Origin: Candidatus Latescibacterota bacterium
GTDB lineage: Bacteria; Latescibacterota; UBA2968; UBA8231
DNA length: 64,000 bases
NCBI GenBank assembly: GCA_965204725.1
Contig: OZ242005.1
Location: forward strand, 4,032,001 to 4,096,000
Direction: 5' to 3'
In this document: positions 8,724-17,745 of the stretch, in pieces
Layout of the letters: every line of letters begins with the position of its first letter
Position numbering within the stretch: position 1 is the first letter of the stretch
Made by a program: the position numbers and the translations under genes
Notes under the pieces: generated by a model
The model's input: the letters and a program-made list of their open reading frames with translations, nothing else
The model's database searches: none
Told to the model about the DNA's origin: nothing

Positions 8724-11252
8724 GTGGAAGAACGCGATCGGGACTTGGATCGGTCAGAACAAAAGACGCTCTGGGTCCTGTTCTTTTTTTCGGGGGTTAG
8801 CAGTTTAGTCTATCAGGTCGTGTGGGCGCGGATGCTGACCGTAGTCTTTGGCACCACCCTACTGGCGACTAGCACCGTGCTCAGCGCCTTCATGGCGGGC
8901 CTAGCCTTGGGTAGCTGCGTTTTGGGGCGGCGCATCGACCGCTGCAAGCACCCGCTGCGGGTTTTTGCCGCGCTAGAAGCCGGCATTGGTCTTTTTGCCC
9001 TCCTCTTTCCCAGCCTTAGTGCGAACTTGGGCAACGCCTACGGAGCGTTAGTGGGGTTACAGGGGAACTTCTACCTCTTTTCCTTGGCCCGCTTCGGCCT
9101 GTGCTTTGCCCTGCTCCTGATCCCCACGGCACTGATGGGGGGAACCCTACCGGTCGTCGCCAAATTTGCGGTGCGGCGGCTGGGCAGATTGGGCGGGCGG
9201 GTCGGGCAACTCTATGCGGTCAACACGCTAGGGGCGGTCGTCGGGGTGTTGGCCGCGACCTTCGGACTGATGGAAGGGCTGGGTTTGCAGGGAACGACCC
9301 AAGCCATCGCGGCGGTGAATCTTTCGGTGGCGGGCTCAGCTTGGCTGTGGGGGAGCCAACGGGCTGTCGGCGGCGGCGAAGAGGCGGTGGTGAAAAAGAT
9401 CGTTCCCGCCAACCGCGTCCTGTGGGGCGTATTGGCCGGCTTTGCCCTCTCCGGTTTTGCCGCTTTAGGCTACGAAGTGGCGTGGATGCGGCTCTTGATG
9501 GTCAGTTTCTCCTTCAATTCACACTACGAGTTCAGCATTGTCTTGGTGGCCTTTTTGAGTGGACTGGCCTTGGGCGGCTGGCTGGGCAGTCGGCTGCTTA
9601 CGCGGCGGGCAAACCTGCTCTTGATTTTTGTCTGGGTCCAGTTTTTGATCGGCGCGTGTGGTGCCCTGTCCGTGCTGGCCTTTGCCCATGTATCCGCTCT
9701 TGTGACGCCGATCCAGACAGCGGACTCGTGGTGGGTGTCGAGGACCGGGGTGTTTTTTACGGCCGTTGCCATCATGTTGCTGCCGACCTTGGCCATGGGG
9801 GTTATCTTTCCGCTGGTCGGCCAAATCTACACGCGACAACTGGCGAGTCTAGGGCGCGGCATAGGGGATATAGGCGCGGTCAACAGCTTGGGCGCGGTTG
9901 GAGGAGCCTTTGTGACCGGGTTTGTGCTGATGCCGCTGCTGGGGACCGAGTGGAGCGTCAAGGTGTTGGCGGGGCTGAACGGCTTGGTCGGCCTAGCCAT
10001 CGCCTTCGTTGGGCAGCAACGTAAGGGGCTGGTCTGGAGTGGGGCGGCCGGGTTGGCTCTGCTGCTGGTCTTAGTGCCTTCGGACGTGCTGCGGCGCGTT
10101 GCAGAGCCAGCGGCCGTCAACCGGGAGTTGGTGTTTTACCAAGAGGGGGTCGAAGGCGTCATCACCGTCGAAAGGCAAACCGATGGTTTCCGCAAAATGG
10201 CCCTTAATGGGGGCGGGCAGGTGCCCACCGATTACAGCTCGCTGCAAATTTTCCGCTTACTGGGCCATTTACCCCTGCTCCTGCATCCCGATCCGCAAGA
10301 GGTGTTGGTCGTCTCCTTGGGCGGCGGGATCGCCTTGGGGGCCGCGGCCCAGTACGAGCCGCGACGCATCACGTGCGTTGAGCTGGTGCCGGAGGTAATT
10401 GACGCGGCCCGGGCGCACTTTGGCGAATTTAATCACCACGTCCTTGAGAACCCGACGGGGTGGAACGTCGAACTAGTCATCGACGACGGCCGCAATTTTC
10501 TCCTCTCCAGCCGCAATACCTACCAAGTCATCACCGGGGACGCCACCCATCCGACGAGTGCCGATAGCTGGGTGCTCTACACCAAGGAATTTTACGAGTT
10601 GTGCCGCGCCCGCCTCAGCACCGACGGGATCATGGCTCAGTGGCTGCCCTTTCACGGCCTGCCTCCAGACGACTACAAGACCATCGTGCGGACCTTTCAG
10701 CGCGTTTTCCCCCACGCCACTTTGTGGCGCTCGAACAACTACTCGATCATGGTGGGAACCATGCAGCCGCAGGCGATTGATTGGGCGGTGCTGCAAGAGA
10801 AAATGACGCCGCCGCGAGTGCAGCGCAGCTTGGAGGACATCGACCTAGGCAATGTATTCGCGCTCCTGAATAGCCTCGTGCTGGACGAGAGTGCCCTGCG
10901 GCGCTATGTGGGGGAAGGGCCGCTCAACACCGACGACCATCCTTACATCAGCTTTGTCAGTCCGCGGGGCTACAACAGCGGCTCGTGGGAGGTATTGGAA
11001 AGTTTGGCACCGCACCGCACCTCGGCGTTGTCGCTGCTGACGGCCCCCTCTGCTGCGGTACGGCAAAAGCTGGAGGCGTACTTCAGGGCTGGCGAGCACG
11101 CGCTAACTGGGGATATAATGCGGCTGCAAAACCGCGATCGGGCCGCGGCAAGGGCCTATCAGCGCGCACTAAAGGCGAATCCCGAGGACAGGTCGTCGGC
11201 CTATTTCCTCCAACTGCTGGCCGAGCAACTCAGCCGAAGATCGCCCCTATGA
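8724..11252 (+). CDS. Fused membrane (MFS-like) / spermidine synthase-like protein with C-terminal TPR
   Basis: FFFSGVSSLVYQVVWARML, LYAVNTLGA, about 13 TM segments, then VLVVSLGGG, VEL, DDGRNFL, LYTKEFY, QWLP. Start moved to GTG 8724 because the ORF-track N-terminus is MITE-derived. Confidence 0.8.
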   Translation: MEERDRDLDRSEQKTLWVLFFFSGVSSLVYQVVWARMLTVVFGTTLLATSTVLSAFMAGLALGSCVLGRRIDRCKHPLRVFAALEAGIGLFALLFPSLSANLGNAYGALVGLQGNFYLFSLARFGLCFALLLIPTALMGGTLPVVAKFAVRRLGRLGGRVGQLYAVNTLGAVVGVLAATFGLMEGLGLQGTTQAIAAVNLSVAGSAWLWGSQRAVGGGEEAVVKKIVPANRVLWGVLAGFALSGFAALGYEVAWMRLLMVSFSFNSHYEFSIVLVAFLSGLALGGWLGSRLLTRRANLLLIFVWVQFLIGACGALSVLAFAHVSALVTPIQTADSWWVSRTGVFFTAVAIMLLPTLAMGVIFPLVGQIYTRQLASLGRGIGDIGAVNSLGAVGGAFVTGFVLMPLLGTEWSVKVLAGLNGLVGLAIAFVGQQRKGLVWSGAAGLALLLVLVPSDVLRRVAEPAAVNRELVFYQEGVEGVITVERQTDGFRKMALNGGGQVPTDYSSLQIFRLLGHLPLLLHPDPQEVLVVSLGGGIALGAAAQYEPRRITCVELVPEVIDAARAHFGEFNHHVLENPTGWNVELVIDDGRNFLLSSRNTYQVITGDATHPTSADSWVLYTKEFYELCRARLSTDGIMAQWLPFHGLPPDDYKTIVRTFQRVFPHATLWRSNNYSIMVGTMQPQAIDWAVLQEKMTPPRVQRSLEDIDLGNVFALLNSLVLDESALRRYVGEGPLNTDDHPYISFVSPRGYNSGSWEVLESLAPHRTSALSLLTAPSAAVRQKLEAYFRAGEHALTGDIMRLQNRDRAAARAYQRALKANPEDRSSAYFLQLLAEQLSRRSPL

Positions 11253-13168
11253 TGCCGTATCGTGCCCTGTTCGTCGGTGCTTTGATGGCCGTGGTGATCA
11301 ACACGGTTTTTCCTTATGGCCTCTTGGTGATGGGGACCCTCGATTGGACCGGGGATTTCATCGCCCTGAGCGCGATCTTCCTCCTCTTTCTCCTGCTGTT
11401 GGTCAACATTCCGCTCAAATGGATCGGGCGTCAATGGAACTTGTCGGCCCGGGAACTGGTGGTGATCTACGCCATGATGGTCGCGGCTTCGGCGATTCCC
11501 TCCACCGGGGTCACGGCCCAATTGGTCCCCTTTTTGGCCGGCGTCTATTACTATGCTACGCCCGAAAACAACTGGGCCGAGCTGCTGCACCCTTACATCC
11601 AGCCGTGGCTGGCACCGCAAGACCCAATGGCTGTTAAGTACTTCTACGAGGGGTTACCCCAAGAGGCGGCCATCCCTTGGGGAGCATGGCTGGTGCCCCT
11701 GTTGGCGTGGGCTTCTTTTTTGGCCGCGCTCTATTTGATGATGATCGCCCTGTCGGCGCTGCTCCACGAACAATGGGCCCGCAACGAGCGCTTGATCTTT
11801 CCGCTCGTCCAGTTGCCGCTGTACATGATCCACGAGGACGACCGGCCCTCGGCGGTCAACCCCTTTCTCAAGGAACCGCTGATGTGGTTGGGGTTTGCCA
11901 TTCCCTTCGTCCTATTGGGAATCAATGCCCTGCACAAGTACTATCCCTTTGTTCCCCCCATTGAGCTGTCAACCCAGTTGGCCGTGTTCCACGATATGCG
12001 GGGGGTCTTGTTCAACTTGTGGTTTATCGTCCTCGGCCTGACGTACTTTCTGAGCTTGGAGGTCTCCTTTAGTCTGTGGTTTTTCTACCTGCTCAACTTC
12101 TTCCAGTTGGGCCTTTTCAATACCCTCGGGTTCAGCATTGCAGAAATCCGGCTGATGCACACCGAAGGGTCCATAGCGACCGCCCAGCAGGCCATGGGGG
12201 CGTTGATTGCCCTCGTCGCGGCCTGCTTGTGGACCGCCCGTCGGCATCTCAAAAAAATTGTCGTCGGGGCGTGGAAAAGGCAGGAACCGACGGAGGATCG
12301 AGGGCATATCCTCTCCTACCGCAAGGCCGTGTGGCTCCTGCTCGGGGCCTTTCTCTACGCGCTCCTATGGCTGAAAAGCGCGGGATTGCCCGTGGGGGCG
12401 GCCCTGCTGTTGCTCGGTATCGCCTTTGTGGTGTTCATCGGTTTGACGCGGATTGTCGCCGAAGGGGGCATGGGGTATGGCCGCGCCCAGATGACGCCCA
12501 CAGCCTTTGCGATCAATGCGCTGGGCACGGCCCCCATTGGGCCGCAGGGCCTGATGGTGCTCGGGTTTGCCAACGGCTGGGCCGGAGATATTCGCACGAC
12601 CGTTATGGCGGCCGCTTCCAACAGCACCCGGCTGGCCGAGGTCGTCGGGACGCGCCGGCCACCGCTCTTTTGGGCTTTGCTCCTAGCTATCGCCGTGAGT
12701 TTGGTCGCCTCGGCTTGGACGGTACTTTCCATCGCCTATACCTACGGCGGGGTCAATCTACACTACTGGTTTTACAGCATTATGGGCCGCTGGACGTTTA
12801 AGGACATGGTGGCGAATCAACTCAACCCGGTGGCCGAGTGGAATTTTTGGGGCCCACGGGGCGCGTTCACCGGCTTGGGGGCCGGGCTGATGTTTTTGTT
12901 GTTGTACCTGCGCCACCGCTTCTTGTGGTGGCCCATTCACCCGATTGGCCTGCCGGTGGGGGGGACTTATGTGATGTTTTTCGCTTGGTCGAGTATGGCA
13001 CTGGGCTGGCTGGCGAAATGGATCGCCTTGCGGTACGGCGGCATTAAACTCTTTCGCCGGCTGCGGCCCTTCTTTCTCGGCATGGTGTTGGGCCAAGTCA
13101 GCAGCGCGGGTTTATGGATGGCGGTGGATCTGATCGCCGGGTGGGACGCCGTGGTGACGCGGTGGTAG
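11249..13168 (+). CDS. DUF6785/DUF6784-type polytopic membrane protein (putative transporter)
   Basis: ATGA overlap with the upstream stop; YYYATPENNW, QWARNERLIFPLVQLP, WWPIHPIG, RPFFLG motifs. Confidence 0.7.
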   Translation: MMPYRALFVGALMAVVINTVFPYGLLVMGTLDWTGDFIALSAIFLLFLLLLVNIPLKWIGRQWNLSARELVVIYAMMVAASAIPSTGVTAQLVPFLAGVYYYATPENNWAELLHPYIQPWLAPQDPMAVKYFYEGLPQEAAIPWGAWLVPLLAWASFLAALYLMMIALSALLHEQWARNERLIFPLVQLPLYMIHEDDRPSAVNPFLKEPLMWLGFAIPFVLLGINALHKYYPFVPPIELSTQLAVFHDMRGVLFNLWFIVLGLTYFLSLEVSFSLWFFYLLNFFQLGLFNTLGFSIAEIRLMHTEGSIATAQQAMGALIALVAACLWTARRHLKKIVVGAWKRQEPTEDRGHILSYRKAVWLLLGAFLYALLWLKSAGLPVGAALLLLGIAFVVFIGLTRIVAEGGMGYGRAQMTPTAFAINALGTAPIGPQGLMVLGFANGWAGDIRTTVMAAASNSTRLAEVVGTRRPPLFWALLLAIAVSLVASAWTVLSIAYTYGGVNLHYWFYSIMGRWTFKDMVANQLNPVAEWNFWGPRGAFTGLGAGLMFLLLYLRHRFLWWPIHPIGLPVGGTYVMFFAWSSMALGWLAKWIALRYGGIKLFRRLRPFFLGMVLGQVSSAGLWMAVDLIAGWDAVVTRW

Positions 13169-13180
13169 GTTGGTTGGTTG

Positions 13181-13308
13181 CTACACGACACCAGCCCTCC
13201 GCCTTCCCGGGATCGAGGGCATCTTGCCCTCGTCGAGGGCGGGACGCCCTCGATCCCAGGTGCAACGGCAACACCAGAAAAGGCGGACTCAAAGCAAGGG
13301 TCGCGTAC
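13181..13308 (+). mobile_element. MITE family A copy between convergent genes
   Basis: CTACACGACAC...GTCGCGTAC with the same core as 716-843. Confidence 0.8.
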
Positions 13309-13325
13309 TTAGGGTTGGTTGGTTG

Positions 13326-14963
13326 CTAAGGCTCGCGCACGGTTAGGACCTGATTGGCCGACACCTCGTGCAGCGTCTGGACCGTGCCGCTGGGCCAGTG
13401 GAGGACGACGCTATCGACGACCGCGGCGGCGCCCAAACCAAAGTGGACCTTGAGATCGCTGTGGGAGAGGAAGCTGGTGCCGCTACGCACCTCGGCGGTC
13501 TGGTGCTGGCCCGCAACGCTTATCTCGATCCGGGTGCCGATTCCATCGCGGTTGCTGCGGGTGCCTACGGTGGCGATTTGCAAGTAGTTGCCGTCGTTGC
13601 CGCCGTCGTTGCGGAGGAGATTGGGCGTGCTGTTGAGGTTTAAGACGAACAGGTCTATATCGCCGTCGCGGTCGTAGTCGGCAAAGCTGGCCCCGCGGCT
13701 CACCTTGACTAAGGCCAAGCCCGGTCCGCCGCGGGCAGAAACCTCGGCAAAGGTGCCGTCGCCCAAGTTTTGGTAGAGGAAGTTGGGCGCGGCGTACCTG
13801 CTGTTGGTATGGGGCAAGTCGGCTTGAGGATAGGTGTGGCCATTGGCCGCAAAGAGGTCTTGGTCGCCGTCGTTGTCAAAGTCGAAGAACCCTGTGCCCC
13901 ATCCCACCTCGGGAATGCCCCGCGCCGCAACGTGGGATACAAAGGATACGTCGAGAAAAAATGTGCCGCGCTGATTTTTGTAGAGGGTATTGTACTCGCC
14001 TTCAAAGTTGGTGACAAAGATATCGAAGTAGCCATCGTTGTCGTAATCGCCGACCGCAGCACCCATGCACCCCTGTTCGGTGCCGTCCCCGCTATAGGCC
14101 ACGCCCGCGCTGAGGCCCTCGTCCACAAAGGTTCCGTCGCCTTGATTCTGGTACAGATTGTTGGGGGCCGAGTCATTGGCGACGAAAACATCGGGCCAGC
14201 CATCGCGGTCGAAATCGCTAAAGACGACCCCGTACCCATAGTACTTCGCGCCGGCAATGCCGGCTTCCTCGCTGCGGTCAGCCAAGGTGCCGTTGCCGCG
14301 GTTGTGGTAGAATACATCGCCGGCGGGCCGCAAACCGCGCGGGCCGCAAAAAATATCGACCGTCTTCCATACGCAGGGAACGGTAGAAGAATAGTCCCGC
14401 GAAAAGTCGATATAATTGGCTACGTACAGATCGACATAACCGTCTAAATCGGCATCGCCGAAAGCGCAGCCCACGCCCCAGCGGTCGTCCCCGACGCCCG
14501 CTTTTTCTGTAACATCCTCAAAAGTGCCATCGCCCTGATTCTGGTAGAAGGTATTGCGGCCGAAGTTGGTCACGTACAGATCCAGATCGCCATCGTTGTC
14601 GTAGTCCGCAGCGGCACAACCCATGGACCAACTCGTGTCGCCGACCCCCGCGGCCGCAGTCACATCGACAAAGCGATCGCCGAGGTTGCGGTAGAGGTGG
14701 TTGGTTGGCTCTTGGCCCGGTGGAAATCCCTCAAAGCGGGAGCCGTTGGCGACGTATAGATCGACATCGCCATCGCTGTCGTAGTCGAAAAAGGCCGTGC
14801 CTCCCACAGCAGTTTCAACGATGTATTCTTGGGTGCTACCCGAGACGTTCCGGGCCGTGATGCCGAGTGCGGCGGCTTGGTCGGTGAACTGAGCCGGCAG
14901 GGGTTGGGCTGCTAGGAGGGCCGGACCGAGGAGGATGAAGGCCCCGCTTACTAGCGCGTACAT
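13326..14963 (-). CDS. CRTAC1 / FG-GAP / ASPIC-UnbV family protein
   Basis: Signal peptide, DYDNDGDLDL repeats, SNRDGIG..SFLSHSD..VHFGLG. Confidence 0.88.
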   Translation of the reverse strand: MYALVSGAFILLGPALLAAQPLPAQFTDQAAALGITARNVSGSTQEYIVETAVGGTAFFDYDSDGDVDLYVANGSRFEGFPPGQEPTNHLYRNLGDRFVDVTAAAGVGDTSWSMGCAAADYDNDGDLDLYVTNFGRNTFYQNQGDGTFEDVTEKAGVGDDRWGVGCAFGDADLDGYVDLYVANYIDFSRDYSSTVPCVWKTVDIFCGPRGLRPAGDVFYHNRGNGTLADRSEEAGIAGAKYYGYGVVFSDFDRDGWPDVFVANDSAPNNLYQNQGDGTFVDEGLSAGVAYSGDGTEQGCMGAAVGDYDNDGYFDIFVTNFEGEYNTLYKNQRGTFFLDVSFVSHVAARGIPEVGWGTGFFDFDNDGDQDLFAANGHTYPQADLPHTNSRYAAPNFLYQNLGDGTFAEVSARGGPGLALVKVSRGASFADYDRDGDIDLFVLNLNSTPNLLRNDGGNDGNYLQIATVGTRSNRDGIGTRIEISVAGQHQTAEVRSGTSFLSHSDLKVHFGLGAAAVVDSVVLHWPSGTVQTLHEVSANQVLTVREP

Positions 14964-15003
14964 CGCTTTTGCTGCGACACCAAAGACGAGGGCAGGGAGA
15001 CCG

Positions 15004-16695
15004 TCATAACCTAGAGAGCGGAAGTTTTTCTGAAAAAAACTGTAGATCGAAAAAGTTCAAGGACCCATCGTCCACCTCAACGGTGGGTTGCCGAGCACCC
15101 CCGCGATTCTGGGTGACAAAAAGATAGGACTTGTACCCCTCGTCTGAAAGGCGTTGCAACAGGCTCTCGTAGTGTCTGGGGGTGGCGACGTAAAAGAAGG
15201 GCCTTTGGTAAAATTCGCCGCACAGGGCGTGGGGAACCCAGCGCAGGTTGGTGATGACGACCTCTTCGCTGCGCTGGCTCATCTCGCTATGGAGACGCTG
15301 GGAAAAGGCCTTCTTTTTGGCAAGAAGCGAAACTCCATACACTTGGGCGGCCAAGCTAAACGCCAGCACAGCACCCACCGCGAGGACGCCGGCACTAAAG
15401 TAGGGCCGCTGGCGTTTTAGCCACTCCAGCAAGTTTCCGGCGGCTAAGACCGCCCAGAGCGGATAGAGAATCAGAAAGTAGCGGTTGCCCCAGTGGATAC
15501 CGAGGGAACCCACTTTGGGTGCGGCCAAGGCGTAGAGGGCGGCAAAGCTCAAGGCGACTAGCCAAATCCAACGTCTAAGAGGATGGAGGTCGGAATCAGC
15601 GGAACGCAAGAAGGCCAAGGCGACAAAGGGGGCCGAGGCAAAGAGGGCATTGGACGATTTGAGCATGTAGTCAATGGGGCTGGCGGCGAAGAAATAGCCC
15701 CCGAGGGATAAACCGGCACTGATCAGGGCCACCGCACTGTACGCGGGCACGGCCTTTTGCAAAGCCAAGCGCGGGCTGAGTACAAAGGCGAGGATGAACG
15801 GCAGCGCGAGGACGAGGGACAGTGCGGGAATCGGGTTGGACGCTGCGAAGAGGTTGTAAAACACCCGGGGCCGCGCCGCGAGATGATCGACCCAATCGGC
15901 CACAGTGGCTAGGTGCGTACTCAAATGGTAGCCCAAGGGATGGCCGATGGTCAGCCACTGGAACAGCCAGAGGGGCAGCAGGGAAGCGAAGAGGATCAGG
16001 GCCGACGAGACGAGGATTTTTAGTCTGTCGGCGCGGGCATAAAAGGCGATGGCTAGGGCCAGCACGAGGCAAAGCAAATAGAACTCGTCTCTGAAATAGA
16101 CCGATAGTCCGGCCGCGGCCATGCCCAAGCCTAGGTGCTTGGGGGCGGAGTCGGCGAGAAACTGCACCAGATAGCGCACACTCCAAATCCCCAAGCAAAT
16201 CGCCGGGGTGTGCTCCCAGAAGACGAGGCTGTAGAAGAATACCGGCGTGCAAAGCCCGGCCGTGAGAACCGCGACGTGCCCGACCGCAATTCGATGGCCT
16301 ACCAAACGCGCCAGTTGGGCCAAGCCGGCCAGCATGGCCAGCGCGGAGAGCACCGGCACCAGATAAAGCCCCCAGTGACCTAAATGGACGAAGAAAAGGG
16401 CCGAGATAAAAGCAAAGACCGGCGAGAAAACCGAATAGAGTGTGCCGGACTCAACCCGCGTGAAATAGTAAGGCAGAGGATTGTAAGCGAAGTCTGGATC
16501 GACAATCTGCCCCGGCCAAGGGATGGAAAAGTCTGTGTAGCCGCTGTTCGCTAAGGCTTGGACTTGAAGGAATTTGTTGGCGTTATCCGTAATCCAAAAG
16601 CCGCGTTTTTCGAGGACGCAGAGGGCGGCTCCATAGCAGACTGAAACGGCGAGTAGGGAGCACAGAACCGATCGGCCGGGATGGAATCGGCGCAA
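15004..16695 (-). CDS. Polytopic membrane protein, putative GT-C-fold glycosyltransferase
   Basis: TM1 followed by an acidic loop (ITDNANKFLQ), FYSLVFWEH, FRDE, WGNRY, about 13 TM helices. Confidence 0.55.
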   Translation of the reverse strand: MRRFHPGRSVLCSLLAVSVCYGAALCVLEKRGFWITDNANKFLQVQALANSGYTDFSIPWPGQIVDPDFAYNPLPYYFTRVESGTLYSVFSPVFAFISALFFVHLGHWGLYLVPVLSALAMLAGLAQLARLVGHRIAVGHVAVLTAGLCTPVFFYSLVFWEHTPAICLGIWSVRYLVQFLADSAPKHLGLGMAAAGLSVYFRDEFYLLCLVLALAIAFYARADRLKILVSSALILFASLLPLWLFQWLTIGHPLGYHLSTHLATVADWVDHLAARPRVFYNLFAASNPIPALSLVLALPFILAFVLSPRLALQKAVPAYSAVALISAGLSLGGYFFAASPIDYMLKSSNALFASAPFVALAFLRSADSDLHPLRRWIWLVALSFAALYALAAPKVGSLGIHWGNRYFLILYPLWAVLAAGNLLEWLKRQRPYFSAGVLAVGAVLAFSLAAQVYGVSLLAKKKAFSQRLHSEMSQRSEEVVITNLRWVPHALCGEFYQRPFFYVATPRHYESLLQRLSDEGYKSYLFVTQNRGGARQPTVEVDDGSLNFFDLQFFSEKLPLSRL

Positions 16696-16728
16696 GAGGA
16701 CGACCTTATGTGGAAGGAAGAAGGGCGT

Positions 16729-17745
16729 TTACGGCGCACGGGCCGACAAATTGTCAAAGACGATGAACTGATGCTCGGCCAACCCGAGTTGCTCGGCTAG
16801 CGCATAACCCGCGCTCATGGGCAGCGAGGGGTTCCGTTCCACAATCATCAAGTCTCGCTCACCGGGGCCGATCTGGCCCAACTTGGCCAGCCCGTCCAAG
16901 CTGTTCAGGAGCGCGTTGCCGCCAATATAGAGGCTTTTGCCCACTTGCCTGAGATGGTCCAGTCCATCGAGATTTTGCAGTGCTCGATTGTTGTTTATGC
17001 TCAAAGCACCCCCGACCTCCACCAGTGCATTCAGCCCGGCCAAGCTCTTGAGGGCGGGATGCCCATCCACGGTCAATCCCCCCTTAATCGTCGCAATCCC
17101 ATTCAAACCCCGCAGGTCTTTGAGCGCGCCGTTGAATATGAGCAGCAAATCCCCCTCTACCACGGAGAGGCCGCCCAACCCCTTTAGATCCCGCAGGGCC
17201 TTGTTGTCCCTGATTTTGATGCTGCCCCCCACGTGGGTCAGCCCGCTCAGGCCCTCTAGGTGAATCAGTACGGTCGTGGCATCGACAAAGAGATGACCGC
17301 CGACGCGCCGGAGTGCTTTAAGCCCATCTAGATCCCGCAGCGAAAAATTGCAACTAATCTCAAAATCGCCCCCCACGCGCTCCAGCCGCTCTAGCCCCTC
17401 TAGGGCCATCAAGCCATTGTCGAGAATGTGGAAGTTCCCTTGTACATAGCCGAGGTTGTGCAGCCCCTTTAGGTCGGTCAGTGCCCCATTGCTCCGAATG
17501 GCGAAATCGCCCTCTATTCCGACCAGATTGCGCAGCGGCTCCACGCTACTCAAGTACGCATCCTCTAACAACAAATCCCCCCGCACCACAAAGGCTTCCC
17601 TCTGAGTCGCCGCCCAAGCAACCAACTCCTCCTGAGACCCAATGGCTATCGCCTCAGTCCCCCCAACTGCAAGCGGCTCTTTACCGCCCTCCTGACAGCC
17701 GATCCAAAGGGCGACTCCCAAAAAACCCAATCTCCAACTAGCCAT
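16729..17745 (-). CDS. Lipoprotein with receptor L-domain-like leucine-rich repeats
   Basis: LWIGC lipobox; ~25-aa repeats LxxLxGLxxLxxVGGxLxIxxN. Confidence 0.75.
   Translation of the reverse strand: MASWRLGFLGVALWIGCQEGGKEPLAVGGTEAIAIGSQEELVAWAATQREAFVVRGDLLLEDAYLSSVEPLRNLVGIEGDFAIRSNGALTDLKGLHNLGYVQGNFHILDNGLMALEGLERLERVGGDFEISCNFSLRDLDGLKALRRVGGHLFVDATTVLIHLEGLSGLTHVGGSIKIRDNKALRDLKGLGGLSVVEGDLLLIFNGALKDLRGLNGIATIKGGLTVDGHPALKSLAGLNALVEVGGALSINNNRALQNLDGLDHLRQVGKSLYIGGNALLNSLDGLAKLGQIGPGERDLMIVERNPSLPMSAGYALAEQLGLAEHQFIVFDNLSARAP

Noticed and set aside
10985-11248. Upstream extension of the DUF6785 ORF
   Set aside because: Overlaps the previous gene; ATGA coupling at 11249 is the better start
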